Below are positions 41,292 to 49,765 of a stretch of DNA of 64,000 bases, in pieces. The stretch comes from Candidatus Omnitrophota bacterium (GTDB lineage: Bacteria > Omnitrophota > Gorgyraeia > JAHJTE01), in NCBI GenBank assembly GCA_018830005.1, contig JAHJTE010000001.1:1332-65331 (forward strand), given 5' to 3'. Below the pieces are notes generated by a model, which saw only the letters and a list, made by a program, of their open reading frames with translations, was not told the origin of the DNA and ran no database searches. The stretch's first letter is position 1; each line of letters opens with the position of its first letter. A program made the translations under genes and the position numbers.

Positions 41292-43127
41292 ATGTGTGGG
41301 ATAGTTGGATATATCGGAGACAAAGAAGCGCAGCCGATTCTATTGGCCAGCTTAAAGCGCCTTGAATATCGCGGCTATGATTCAGCTGGTATTGCCCTCT
41401 TAAGCAATTCCAAGATTGTTATCAAAAAAAGACGCGGTAAGATCAGAGATTTAGAGCACTTACTTAAAGGCAGGCGCGCCTCTCGCGCAACCTTAGGTAT
41501 TGCCCATACTCGCTGGGCAACTCATGGCGCACCCAGCAATGTCAATGCCCACCCCCATTCTGATGGCTCAAGAAGGATTTCCTTGGTGCATAATGGCATT
41601 ATAGAAAACTACGCTCAAATTAAAAGTGAGTTATTGAAGAAGAAGCATAAGTTTACTTCAGAAACTGACACAGAGGTCATCTCCCATCTTATTGAAGAGA
41701 ACCTGAAGGAGTGTAAGGATTTTGTACAGGCAGTAAGATTAGCCCTTGCGCGTCTAAGGGGCTCTTATGCCTTGGCAATAATTAATTCTGACAATCCAGA
41801 TATGCTTGTTGTAGCACGCCTAAATTCACCACTGGTGATCGGTAAAGGAAGGTCCTGTAATTTTGTTGCCTCTGATGTCCAGCCTTTACTTAAATACACA
41901 AGAGAGGTAATGTATCTGGATGATAATGAGATGGCCGTTATTACCAAAGACGATATTAAGGTTACGGATTTAAAAGGCAAAGAAAAGGTAAAGCCAGTTA
42001 ATATTATTAAGTGGGACATAAAGGATGCCCAGCGTTCAGGCTTTGCCCATTTTATGCTTAAGGAGATTTACGAACAGCCTCAGGTTTCAACTCAGATTAT
42101 AACTAACCGCATAAATGAAAAGGGTGAAGTTCATTTCCAGGAAATGAAATTAGAAGATGAACACCTCAAAAATATTAACTCAATTACAATAGTTGCCTGT
42201 GGTACTGCTTATCATGCTGGCCTGGTTGGTAAATACATATTTGAGAAGCTAGCAAAGATACCGCTAAGCGTAGATCTATCAAGCGAATTTCGTTATCGGG
42301 ATACAGTCTTGGATAAAAACAGCTTGATTATCGCTATAAGTCAGTCAGGCGAGACTGCAGATACGCTAGCTGCGGTAAGACTTGCAAAAGATAAAGGCGC
42401 TAAGGTATTAGCAATATGCAATGTTGTAGGTTCTTCCTTAACCAGAGACGCAGATTCTACAATCTATACCTTGGCAGGGCCTGAGATTGGCGTGGCCTCA
42501 ACTAAGGCCTACACGGCTCAGGTTTTCTCTCTCTATTTACTGGGAATCTATTTAGCAAAAATTAAAGAGTCTATGCCAGCTGCGAAGATAAAAGGGCTTA
42601 TTAATGACCTTCGTAATATACCAACTCAACAAGAAGAAGTCTTAAGGGCAGATAGGCATATTAAAAGTATCGCTCGCAGACATTCTCATTTTGGTTCATT
42701 TCTGTTTTTGGGAAGAAACACAAATTATCCTTCAGCGCTAGAAGGGGCCCTGAAATTAAAAGAGATTTCTTATATCCCTGCTGAAGGCTATGCCGCAGGA
42801 GAGATGAAACACGGCCCCATTGCCTTAATCGATGAGTACCGCGCCGTAGTCTGTATTGCAGTTGATTCACGCATCTATGAAAAGATGATTTCCAATATTC
42901 AGGAAATACGTTCGCGGCGTGGCAGGATAATCATTATTGCCAGCGATCAAAATCGTGAGATTAAAGATTTTGCAAAAGAGATTATTTATATCCCCAAAGT
43001 AAATGAATTTTTGTCTCCGCTTTTAGTGGCACTGCCTTTACAGTTATTAGCCTACCACATTGCAGTCCGCCGCGGCTGTGATGTCGACCAACCGAGAAAT
43101 CTGGCAAAAAGCGTTACTGTTGAGTAA
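41292..43127 (+). CDS. glmS: Glutamine--fructose-6-phosphate aminotransferase
   Basis: 611 aa; MCGIVGYIG N-terminal nucleophile, two SIS domains, C-terminal ...KSVTVE. Confidence 0.95.
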   Translation: MCGIVGYIGDKEAQPILLASLKRLEYRGYDSAGIALLSNSKIVIKKRRGKIRDLEHLLKGRRASRATLGIAHTRWATHGAPSNVNAHPHSDGSRRISLVHNGIIENYAQIKSELLKKKHKFTSETDTEVISHLIEENLKECKDFVQAVRLALARLRGSYALAIINSDNPDMLVVARLNSPLVIGKGRSCNFVASDVQPLLKYTREVMYLDDNEMAVITKDDIKVTDLKGKEKVKPVNIIKWDIKDAQRSGFAHFMLKEIYEQPQVSTQIITNRINEKGEVHFQEMKLEDEHLKNINSITIVACGTAYHAGLVGKYIFEKLAKIPLSVDLSSEFRYRDTVLDKNSLIIAISQSGETADTLAAVRLAKDKGAKVLAICNVVGSSLTRDADSTIYTLAGPEIGVASTKAYTAQVFSLYLLGIYLAKIKESMPAAKIKGLINDLRNIPTQQEEVLRADRHIKSIARRHSHFGSFLFLGRNTNYPSALEGALKLKEISYIPAEGYAAGEMKHGPIALIDEYRAVVCIAVDSRIYEKMISNIQEIRSRRGRIIIIASDQNREIKDFAKEIIYIPKVNEFLSPLLVALPLQLLAYHIAVRRGCDVDQPRNLAKSVTVE

Positions 43128-43129
43128 AC

Positions 43130-43795
43130 ATGCTATACGTTGTTTCTACCCCAATTGGAAATCTCAAAGATATAACCTTGCGCGCAGTAGATATTTTAAG
43201 TAAAGCAGATTTTATAGCCTGCGAAGATACGCGTCATACGAATAAACTTCTTGCGCATTACAATATTAAAAAGCCGCTTATAAGCTACCACAGTTATAAT
43301 AAGCAAAAAAGTAGCGAGGAGATTCTAAAAAAGTTAAAGGCAGGAAGCTGTATTGCCTTAGTAACTGATAGTGGCACCCCGGGTGTAAATGACCCTGGCT
43401 GGTTGATCATAAAAAAGGTGATAGACGCAGGATTGCCACTTGAGGCCATACCTGGTGTGAGTGCATTTCTTGCAGCCTTAAGCATTTCCGGAATGCCGAC
43501 AGATAAATTCTTTTTTGCCGGATTTCTATCTTCAAAGTCCGGCCGCCGCAGAGGTCAAATTGAGAATTTGGCTAAGGTAGAGGCAACGATTATAATCTAT
43601 GAAGCGCCTCACCGCATCATTAAGTTACTCAAAGATTTACTCGATTGCCTGGGTGATGCAGATATTGTTTTGGCTAGAGAGTTAACCAAGAAATTCGAAG
43701 AAGTAAGACGCGAGAAGATAAGCACAAGCTTGAGGCATTTTAGTGAAGTCAGGCCAAGGGGAGAGTTTGTTGTAATCTTTAGGCCATCAAATTAA
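43130..43795 (+). CDS. rsmI: 16S rRNA (cytidine1402-2'-O)-methyltransferase
   Basis: 221 aa; MLYVVSTPIGNLKDITLRA, a tetrapyrrole-methylase fold. Confidence 0.85.
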   Translation: MLYVVSTPIGNLKDITLRAVDILSKADFIACEDTRHTNKLLAHYNIKKPLISYHSYNKQKSSEEILKKLKAGSCIALVTDSGTPGVNDPGWLIIKKVIDAGLPLEAIPGVSAFLAALSISGMPTDKFFFAGFLSSKSGRRRGQIENLAKVEATIIIYEAPHRIIKLLKDLLDCLGDADIVLARELTKKFEEVRREKISTSLRHFSEVRPRGEFVVIFRPSN

Positions 43796-43814
43796 GACAT
43801 ACAGGCATATAAAT

Positions 43815-43850
43815 AAAAAACCACAGGTATGTTTTTGCCTGTGGTTTTTA
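43815..43850. terminator. Bidirectional rho-independent terminator
   Basis: AAAAACCACAGG-TATGTTTTTG-CCTGTGGTTTTT: a 9-bp stem with A and T tracts on both sides. Sits between the convergent rsmI and acidic-protein genes. Confidence 0.6.
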
Positions 43851-43860
43851 ACTAACTAGA

Positions 43861-44448
43861 TTAGCGGACTAAGCGTTCAGTCGCATCGTCCAATTCCTCG
43901 TCATCATCTGGATTCGTAGCTGGACCAGTAATTGCATCATCACCTATTTCATTAATTACACCTGAGAAGATCGCATCTGGATCTGATACGTCTTCTTCTT
44001 GCTCTTCCTCTTCTTCTTGCTCTTCTTCTTGTACCTCTTCAGCTGCAACGAATTCTAATGAGCCAATGTTCTTCTCATCAGCATCCTCGTTGTCTTCTTC
44101 TGTCTCTTCTGTTGTACTCTCCTCTGTCTCTGTTCTGTCTTCAGGAGGAGCAACATTTGTTGTAGTGGAAGTGTTACCAAGAGTGGTGAACTCTCCTATA
44201 TCGTCAATGCCTTCTGTGTTTTCGAAAGAAGAGTATGATACCCTGTCACTTACCTCTTCCAATATTTCTTGACGCCATGCTTCTTGGCGTTCTTGCTTCA
44301 TCTGTTCGCGTAGAATCTCTCTAGAAAATTCTGAGGTACCACCGCTGGCCTCATAGTTTTCAACGCTATCAAACCAATCTGCATAGGCTGCGCTTGTAAA
44401 CAGACAACCAACGCCGACCATTAATAGATAAAGGATATATTTTTTCAT
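43861..44448 (-). CDS. Secreted highly acidic (Glu/Asp-rich) low-complexity protein
   Basis: 195 aa; signal peptide MKKYILYLLMVGVGCLFTSAAYA; EEEQEEEEEQEED runs. Confidence 0.4.
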   Translation of the reverse strand: MKKYILYLLMVGVGCLFTSAAYADWFDSVENYEASGGTSEFSREILREQMKQERQEAWRQEILEEVSDRVSYSSFENTEGIDDIGEFTTLGNTSTTTNVAPPEDRTETEESTTEETEEDNEDADEKNIGSLEFVAAEEVQEEEQEEEEEQEEDVSDPDAIFSGVINEIGDDAITGPATNPDDDEELDDATERLVR

Positions 44449-44463
44449 CTTAGCACCTCTTTT

Positions 44464-44498
44464 AAATAAAAAACCTATTCTCCGTTTGAGAATAGGTT
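44464..44498 (-). terminator. Rho-independent terminator downstream of the outer-membrane protein gene
   Basis: Minus strand: CCTATTCTCAAACGGAGAATAGG followed by TTTTTTATTT. Confidence 0.5.
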
Positions 44499-44706
44499 TC
44501 TATTATGCATTCGGTAGCCAGACTATCCTAAAGTCTTTTAGGACCCTCAGCTTTGCGCCTACCCCTTACGGAGTGTTTGCCGTTTCGTGCTGCTAACCTT
44601 TAATTGTCAATTAAAGTATACCATAGAAAGCCTCAGAGTGCCATTTTTATTACTATTGTAACGCGTTATATTGTAATAAGTTATATAAATAAAAAAGATT
44701 GGATAA

Positions 44707-46149
44707 TTAGAATGTTATTCTGAAGCGGCTGTAGAAGTATTTAGTGTTGTTATTTGTTGTGGTAGGGTAGGCATCGCCAGGAAAGAAGATCCCATAGCGG
44801 TTTGACCAGAAAATGTTTTTTCTCAGTTTCCAATAGAAGTAGAAATCTGCTTCTTGCCCAATGTCTAGATTGCTTACTGTAGCATCCGTATCATATATGC
44901 CGCCTGCCTTTTTGTCTTTGCGATATCTGAAGTATTTTAGACCGCAGACAATCTCCTTGCCAAACTTAAGCTTTTCGAAAGGCGCAAATGTGCAGTCTAG
45001 TTTGTATATATGCATATTTGACAGGCGCGGCGCAAGGGCATAGCCAGAAAAGAAACTGCCAAAATATGAGAAGTTTGTATCATTCCCATAAAGATTACCG
45101 CCAGAGCGTGTATCGGTTACGCTTGAGCGATCTTTATCTCCTGAGGCATAAGCATATTCTAGTTCAATGCGGGGCTTAAGAGGCATTTTTAATGTGTAAT
45201 TAAGGCCGCAGTTAGCCAGCCAGGCATCAATGCGTTTTTCTTCTAGGTCTACAGAGGCAGTATCTGTGTAGCTCGAACCTTCTTCTTTGATTACCTCTAG
45301 CCAGTAAGCTAATTTACTCTTGGGGTTATTGCTCTGCAGGCCAAGGCCGTAATATTCACTGTTGTACCTGTAGCTTTGGCTGGGTGTTTCGGGCGGAAAG
45401 CGTGCATTCTTGTCTTTCTGGATGAGCAAGAAGCCATAGGCGATATTATTTTTAATACCAGAATAGGCAAGCTCTAGGCCGGCGAAGATGCGATCGTTGG
45501 TCTTATTATAATTAGGCACACTTTGGTCGATGTTGTATTCATTTTCACCCGAGATAGATGTGAATGTTTTAAGATACAAGATATTTTTGATGTCGGTTTT
45601 ATATTTTATACCATAATGTACGTTGCTATATGCTATGCCCCTTCCAACAAATAGATATTGCCGGCCAAGGGTTAAGTCTAAAGGAATGCTCCAGTCTTTT
45701 TTCGAGATATTGATATAGGCCATATCCAGATGCGGCCCATCATAATCGCTGGAGTAACTGGTTGAACGCGCGCTTGTATCCCGACGTGTATAGCTGTGTT
45801 TTAGACGCAGATACAGAGAGTAGTCTTTACGATAGTTGATTCTTGACCAGAGGCGCAGGTCTTGATACCAATTCCAGGAAACAAGGTCTTTGTCAGCAGC
45901 ATTATTATCAGTATCAGTGTAATCTCTGAATATGGAGTTAAACCAGCCCCCTAGTTTGGCTGACCATATTTTTTCTATAGGCGGAGGCTTAATGACTACT
46001 TCTTTTAATTCGCGAGTTGTTTCTTCTTCTATAAGTTTATCTTCTTCTGTGCTTTCAGGGGTAGCGCTCTGGGCCGAGCAATGCAGGCTACTGCAAAGTA
46101 ATAGGATTAGGGAGATTATTGTAGATAGAAAAATGTATTTTTTAGTCAT
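44707..46149 (-). CDS. Outer-membrane beta-barrel protein of unknown function
   Basis: 480 aa; signal peptide; alternating aromatic/hydrophilic beta-strand pattern; C-terminal ...YSRFRITF with a terminal Phe (beta-barrel assembly signal). Confidence 0.5.
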   Translation of the reverse strand: MTKKYIFLSTIISLILLLCSSLHCSAQSATPESTEEDKLIEEETTRELKEVVIKPPPIEKIWSAKLGGWFNSIFRDYTDTDNNAADKDLVSWNWYQDLRLWSRINYRKDYSLYLRLKHSYTRRDTSARSTSYSSDYDGPHLDMAYINISKKDWSIPLDLTLGRQYLFVGRGIAYSNVHYGIKYKTDIKNILYLKTFTSISGENEYNIDQSVPNYNKTNDRIFAGLELAYSGIKNNIAYGFLLIQKDKNARFPPETPSQSYRYNSEYYGLGLQSNNPKSKLAYWLEVIKEEGSSYTDTASVDLEEKRIDAWLANCGLNYTLKMPLKPRIELEYAYASGDKDRSSVTDTRSGGNLYGNDTNFSYFGSFFSGYALAPRLSNMHIYKLDCTFAPFEKLKFGKEIVCGLKYFRYRKDKKAGGIYDTDATVSNLDIGQEADFYFYWKLRKNIFWSNRYGIFFPGDAYPTTTNNNTKYFYSRFRITF

Positions 46150-46246
46150 TTCTAGAAAATATCTTATAATAGTCTGGCCAATCCGTCAATGCATTTTTGC
46201 TTGACAATGGCCTAAGGGGGTGATATAGTAAGAAAACTTAACCTTT

Positions 46247-46367
46247 AAGTTGGCCCAGAGAGGCCAGCAAGGAAGATGGAAAATGAACCTAGAAAGGAAC
46301 AAATGTACCCTTGGCAGTCTTTGTGTGTCTAACGTGTTCTGACACAGGAAGGTCAAGGGATTTTTTA
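46247..46367 (+). promoter_or_regulatory. PyrR-binding attenuator (binding loop plus terminator) in the pyrR leader
   Basis: AAGTTGGCCCAGAGAGGCCAGCAAGGAAG matches the PyrR binding-loop consensus (..CCAGAGAGGCyrGCAAGG..). Downstream are the nested hairpins CCCTTG...TGTGTC-N10-GACACA...CAAGGG, then a TTTTTT tract. Confidence 0.65.
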
Positions 46368-46389
46368 TGCCTTCCAAGGAGAGGATTTT

Positions 46390-46950
46390 ATGATGAGTGA
46401 GCTTAAGGTCAAGGCCAAGATACTGGATAAGGATTCGATGCAGCGCATATTAAAGCGCCTGGCACACGAGATTATAGAGAAGAATAGCCAATGCAAGGAT
46501 AATCTATGTCTTATAGGCATACGTACGCGGGGTGTTTATGTGGCTGAAAGAATCAACTCTGAAATTGAAAAGATTATTGGCGTGAAATTGCCATTCGGGA
46601 TATTGGATATTACGCTTTATCGAGATGATTTGACGCTAGTTGGGCCTAGCCCGATTGTCAGAAAGACTCAAATCGATTTTGGCCTGGAAGATAAAAAGGT
46701 CATTTTGGTTGATGATGTTTTGTTTTCAGGCAGAACCATAAGGGCAGCCATGGATGAGCTGATAGACTTTGGCAGGCCCAAGGTCATAGGACTGGCTGTG
46801 CTTATTGACCGTGGCCACAGGGAATTGCCCATCCGGGCAGATTATGTTGGTAAGAATATCCCGACCTCCTTGCAGGAAATAGTGGAAGTGCGTCTGGAAG
46901 AGATTGACGCTAAAGATGAAGTAGTGGTTGTAGAGAAAAAGGCAGGCTAG
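46390..46950 (+). CDS. pyrR: Bifunctional pyrimidine operon regulator / uracil phosphoribosyltransferase
   Basis: 186 aa; phosphoribosyltransferase-type fold with VILVDDVLFSGRT. Confidence 0.9.
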   Translation: MMSELKVKAKILDKDSMQRILKRLAHEIIEKNSQCKDNLCLIGIRTRGVYVAERINSEIEKIIGVKLPFGILDITLYRDDLTLVGPSPIVRKTQIDFGLEDKKVILVDDVLFSGRTIRAAMDELIDFGRPKVIGLAVLIDRGHRELPIRADYVGKNIPTSLQEIVEVRLEEIDAKDEVVVVEKKAG

Positions 46951-46953
46951 ATA

Positions 46954-47886
46954 ATGACCTGGACAAGAAAAGATTTACTAGGCCTGGAAGATTTAAGCCC
47001 AGAAGAAATCAAATTTATTTTAACTACTGTGGAGTCGTTTAAAGAGGTTTCCACCCGGGCTATTAAAAAGGTGCCTGCACTGCGGGGAAAGACAGTAGTA
47101 AATTTGTTTTACGAGCCCTCTACCAGGACAAGGGTGTCTTTCGAAGTAGCTGCCAAAAGGTTATCTGCAGATGTAATCAATATAGATATTGAGACCTCTA
47201 GCATCAAAAAAGGCGAGACCTTGATTGACACAGGAAAGAATATCCAGGCCTTAAACGCAGACATTATTATCATAAGACATTCTTGTTCAGGCGCAGCGAT
47301 GTTATTGGCGAAGCATGTAGATATCAGCGTGGTTAATGCTGGTGATGGTCGGCATGAGCATCCGACGCAGGCGCTGCTAGACATTTATACCTTGCAGGAA
47401 AAATTTGGCAGAATCGAAGGATTAAATGTAAGTATTGTCGGAGATATTGCTCATTCGCGCGTAGCACGTTCAAATATCTGGGGTCTAACCAAATTAGGCG
47501 CTAAGGTAACAGTTTGCGCTCCCAGGATGCTTATTCCACCTGCTATAGAACAGATAGGAGTGCGCGTAACCCACGATATAGATGATGCCTTGAAAAAAGC
47601 AGATGCAGTGAATGTCTTGCGTATGCAGTTTGAACGTGACGAAGAAGGTGCCTTTCCTAAACAAATAGAATATTTTAGGAATTTTGGCATAACGAGTGAA
47701 AGGCTAAAGCGGGCAAAAAAGAATATTCTCCTCATGCATCCAGGACCATTAAATCGAGGCACTGAGATATCTAGTGAAGTTGCAGATGGCCCTAATTCCG
47801 TCATATTAGAGCAGGTTACCAATGGTATTGCAGTAAGGATGGCAGTGTTGTTTTTGGTATCACAAGGCGCTACGAAATCGCGCTAG
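46954..47886 (+). CDS. pyrB: Aspartate carbamoyltransferase catalytic subunit
   Basis: 310 aa; STRTR carbamoyl-phosphate motif and HPGP...LP. Confidence 0.9.
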   Translation: MTWTRKDLLGLEDLSPEEIKFILTTVESFKEVSTRAIKKVPALRGKTVVNLFYEPSTRTRVSFEVAAKRLSADVINIDIETSSIKKGETLIDTGKNIQALNADIIIIRHSCSGAAMLLAKHVDISVVNAGDGRHEHPTQALLDIYTLQEKFGRIEGLNVSIVGDIAHSRVARSNIWGLTKLGAKVTVCAPRMLIPPAIEQIGVRVTHDIDDALKKADAVNVLRMQFERDEEGAFPKQIEYFRNFGITSERLKRAKKNILLMHPGPLNRGTEISSEVADGPNSVILEQVTNGIAVRMAVLFLVSQGATKSR

Positions 47887-48021
47887 CGATTTCATAGCAC
47901 TAGTCCTGCAGAATTTTTTCCTTCGAAATTCAAAGAATTTCAAAGGACTAAAGTACCCGAAATTTATTTGAAATTTCAGGGTGCAAATTCTGTAGGGCAA
48001 AGAGAAAAGAAAAGCATCACG

Positions 48022-49299
48022 ATGAAACTATTAATCAAAAATGGCCATGTAGTTGATCCGGCAAATAAGATAGATGATATTCTAGATATCTTGATAGATG
48101 CTAATAAGATATCTCTGGTTGGCAAAGATATCAAGGCAAGTGTTGATAAAACAATAGATGCCACTAAAAGAATAGTTATGCCGGGAATTATAGATATGCA
48201 TGTACATTTACGTGAACCCGGCAGAGAAGATAAAGAGACGATTGCTTCAGGCACACTGGCAGCCTTAAAAGGCGGAATCACTTCTGTCTTGGCTATGCCA
48301 AATACTCAAATTCCTATTGATTGCAGCCAGAATCTGAAGTTGCTAAAAAGTATTATTAAAAAAACCAGCCATGCAAATGTATTAATTGCCGCAGCAATTA
48401 CCAAGGCACGCCAAGGTAAAGAGCTTACTGAAATTTCCCAATTGAAAAAAGAAGGCATACTCGCGATTACAGATGACGGTGCATCAGTAGATGATGAGAG
48501 GTTAATGTCAGAGGCGCTAAAACAAGCTATGAAGCATAAAGTTTTAGTAATTTGTCATTGTGAAGATGTATCAATATCTAAGGATGGCGTAATTAATCTG
48601 GGGTTTATTTCAACACGTCTGGGTTTGAGGGGGGTATCTTGCGAGTCAGAATATAGGAGGGTCAGGCGTGATATCCAATTGGCAGAAAAATTAGGGGCAT
48701 CTATTCATATTGCACACGTAAGTTGTAAAGAATCCGTAGAGATTATTGCTAAGGCTAAAAAAAAGAGCCTCAGACTAAGCGCAGAAACTGCACCGCATTA
48801 CTTTTCTTTTAGCGAAGAAGACCTACTAGGATATAATACTAACATGAAGGTGAATCCGCCGCTACGAAGCAAAGAAGACGTTGTTGAGATAAAACAAGGA
48901 TTAAAAAGCGGTGTCATTGATGTTATTGCCTCTGATCACGCACCTCATACTGACAATGAGAAGATAATAGAATTTGAACGTGCAGAATTTGGGGCAATTG
49001 GCCTAGAGACAGAATTAGCTGCCTCCATTACTGAGCTAGTGGATCAAGGCATCTTGAATTGGACGCAGTTAGTGCAGAAATTTACAGTTAATCCAGCAAA
49101 GATTTTAGGAATTGATAGAGGCACATTAGGAAAAGGCGCTATCGCTGATATAATCATTGTAGATACTGAAAGAGAATGGACTGTAGAAAGCAAGGATTTC
49201 CTCTCCAGGTCTAAGAATTCTCCTTTTATTGGTCGCAGGCTAAAAGGCATTGTTGAGCTTACTATTTTAAATGGTAAGATTGCTTATAATCGGTGCTAA
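48022..49299 (+). CDS. pyrC: Dihydroorotase
   Basis: Amidohydrolase with DMHVHLREPG and the DHAPH motif. The ORF-track start at 47968 is a TTG; the first ATG (MKLLIKNGHVV) at 48022 is preferred. Confidence 0.85.
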   Translation: MKLLIKNGHVVDPANKIDDILDILIDANKISLVGKDIKASVDKTIDATKRIVMPGIIDMHVHLREPGREDKETIASGTLAALKGGITSVLAMPNTQIPIDCSQNLKLLKSIIKKTSHANVLIAAAITKARQGKELTEISQLKKEGILAITDDGASVDDERLMSEALKQAMKHKVLVICHCEDVSISKDGVINLGFISTRLGLRGVSCESEYRRVRRDIQLAEKLGASIHIAHVSCKESVEIIAKAKKKSLRLSAETAPHYFSFSEEDLLGYNTNMKVNPPLRSKEDVVEIKQGLKSGVIDVIASDHAPHTDNEKIIEFERAEFGAIGLETELAASITELVDQGILNWTQLVQKFTVNPAKILGIDRGTLGKGAIADIIIVDTEREWTVESKDFLSRSKNSPFIGRRLKGIVELTILNGKIAYNRC

Positions 49300-49312
49300 T
49301 CTGCGAAAGATC

Positions 49313-49765
49313 ATGAAGTTTGTAGTGACAAAGGAATTAGGAAAACTGGCAAAGTGGTTGCGGATTTTTGGGTTTGACACTATTTACTTTAAGGAAGCCA
49401 CTTTTAGTACAGTATTAATTATTGCATTTCAGGAAGACAGGATTATCCTAACCAGAAACACCAAAATCGGCGTACATTCTGGAGTGCGGATTATTACAAT
49501 CAAAAGCAATAATTTGGCTGAGCAGCTTAATCAGGTTTTTAGAGAGCTAAAATCCAAGCCGCAGAAAGAGAAGATGTTTAGCCGTTGTATTCTTTGCAAC
49601 GAAGAATTAAGCCACATTGCTAAAGAAAAAATTAAGAAAAAAGTACCTGAATATGTTTATAAAACGCAAAGCTCATTTGTAGCCTGCCCTGAATGCAAAC
49701 GCGTATATTGGCAAGGAACACATTGGGGTAAAGTAGAGGAAGCACTGCATGCAATTCGTAGCTGA
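49313..49765 (+). CDS. Mut7-C RNase-domain (DUF82) protein with a C-terminal zinc ribbon
   Basis: MKFVVTKELGKLAKWLRIFGFDT is the signature DUF82 N-terminus; the zinc ribbon is CILCN...CPECK. Start taken at the internal Met (49313) preceded by an RBS-like sequence. Confidence 0.6.
   Translation: MKFVVTKELGKLAKWLRIFGFDTIYFKEATFSTVLIIAFQEDRIILTRNTKIGVHSGVRIITIKSNNLAEQLNQVFRELKSKPQKEKMFSRCILCNEELSHIAKEKIKKKVPEYVYKTQSSFVACPECKRVYWQGTHWGKVEEALHAIRS

Noticed and set aside
47968-48021. Upstream extension of pyrC from the ORF-track start
   Set aside because: Position 47968 is a TTG inside the palindrome-rich pyrB-pyrC spacer. The conserved dihydroorotase N-terminus begins at the ATG at 48022.
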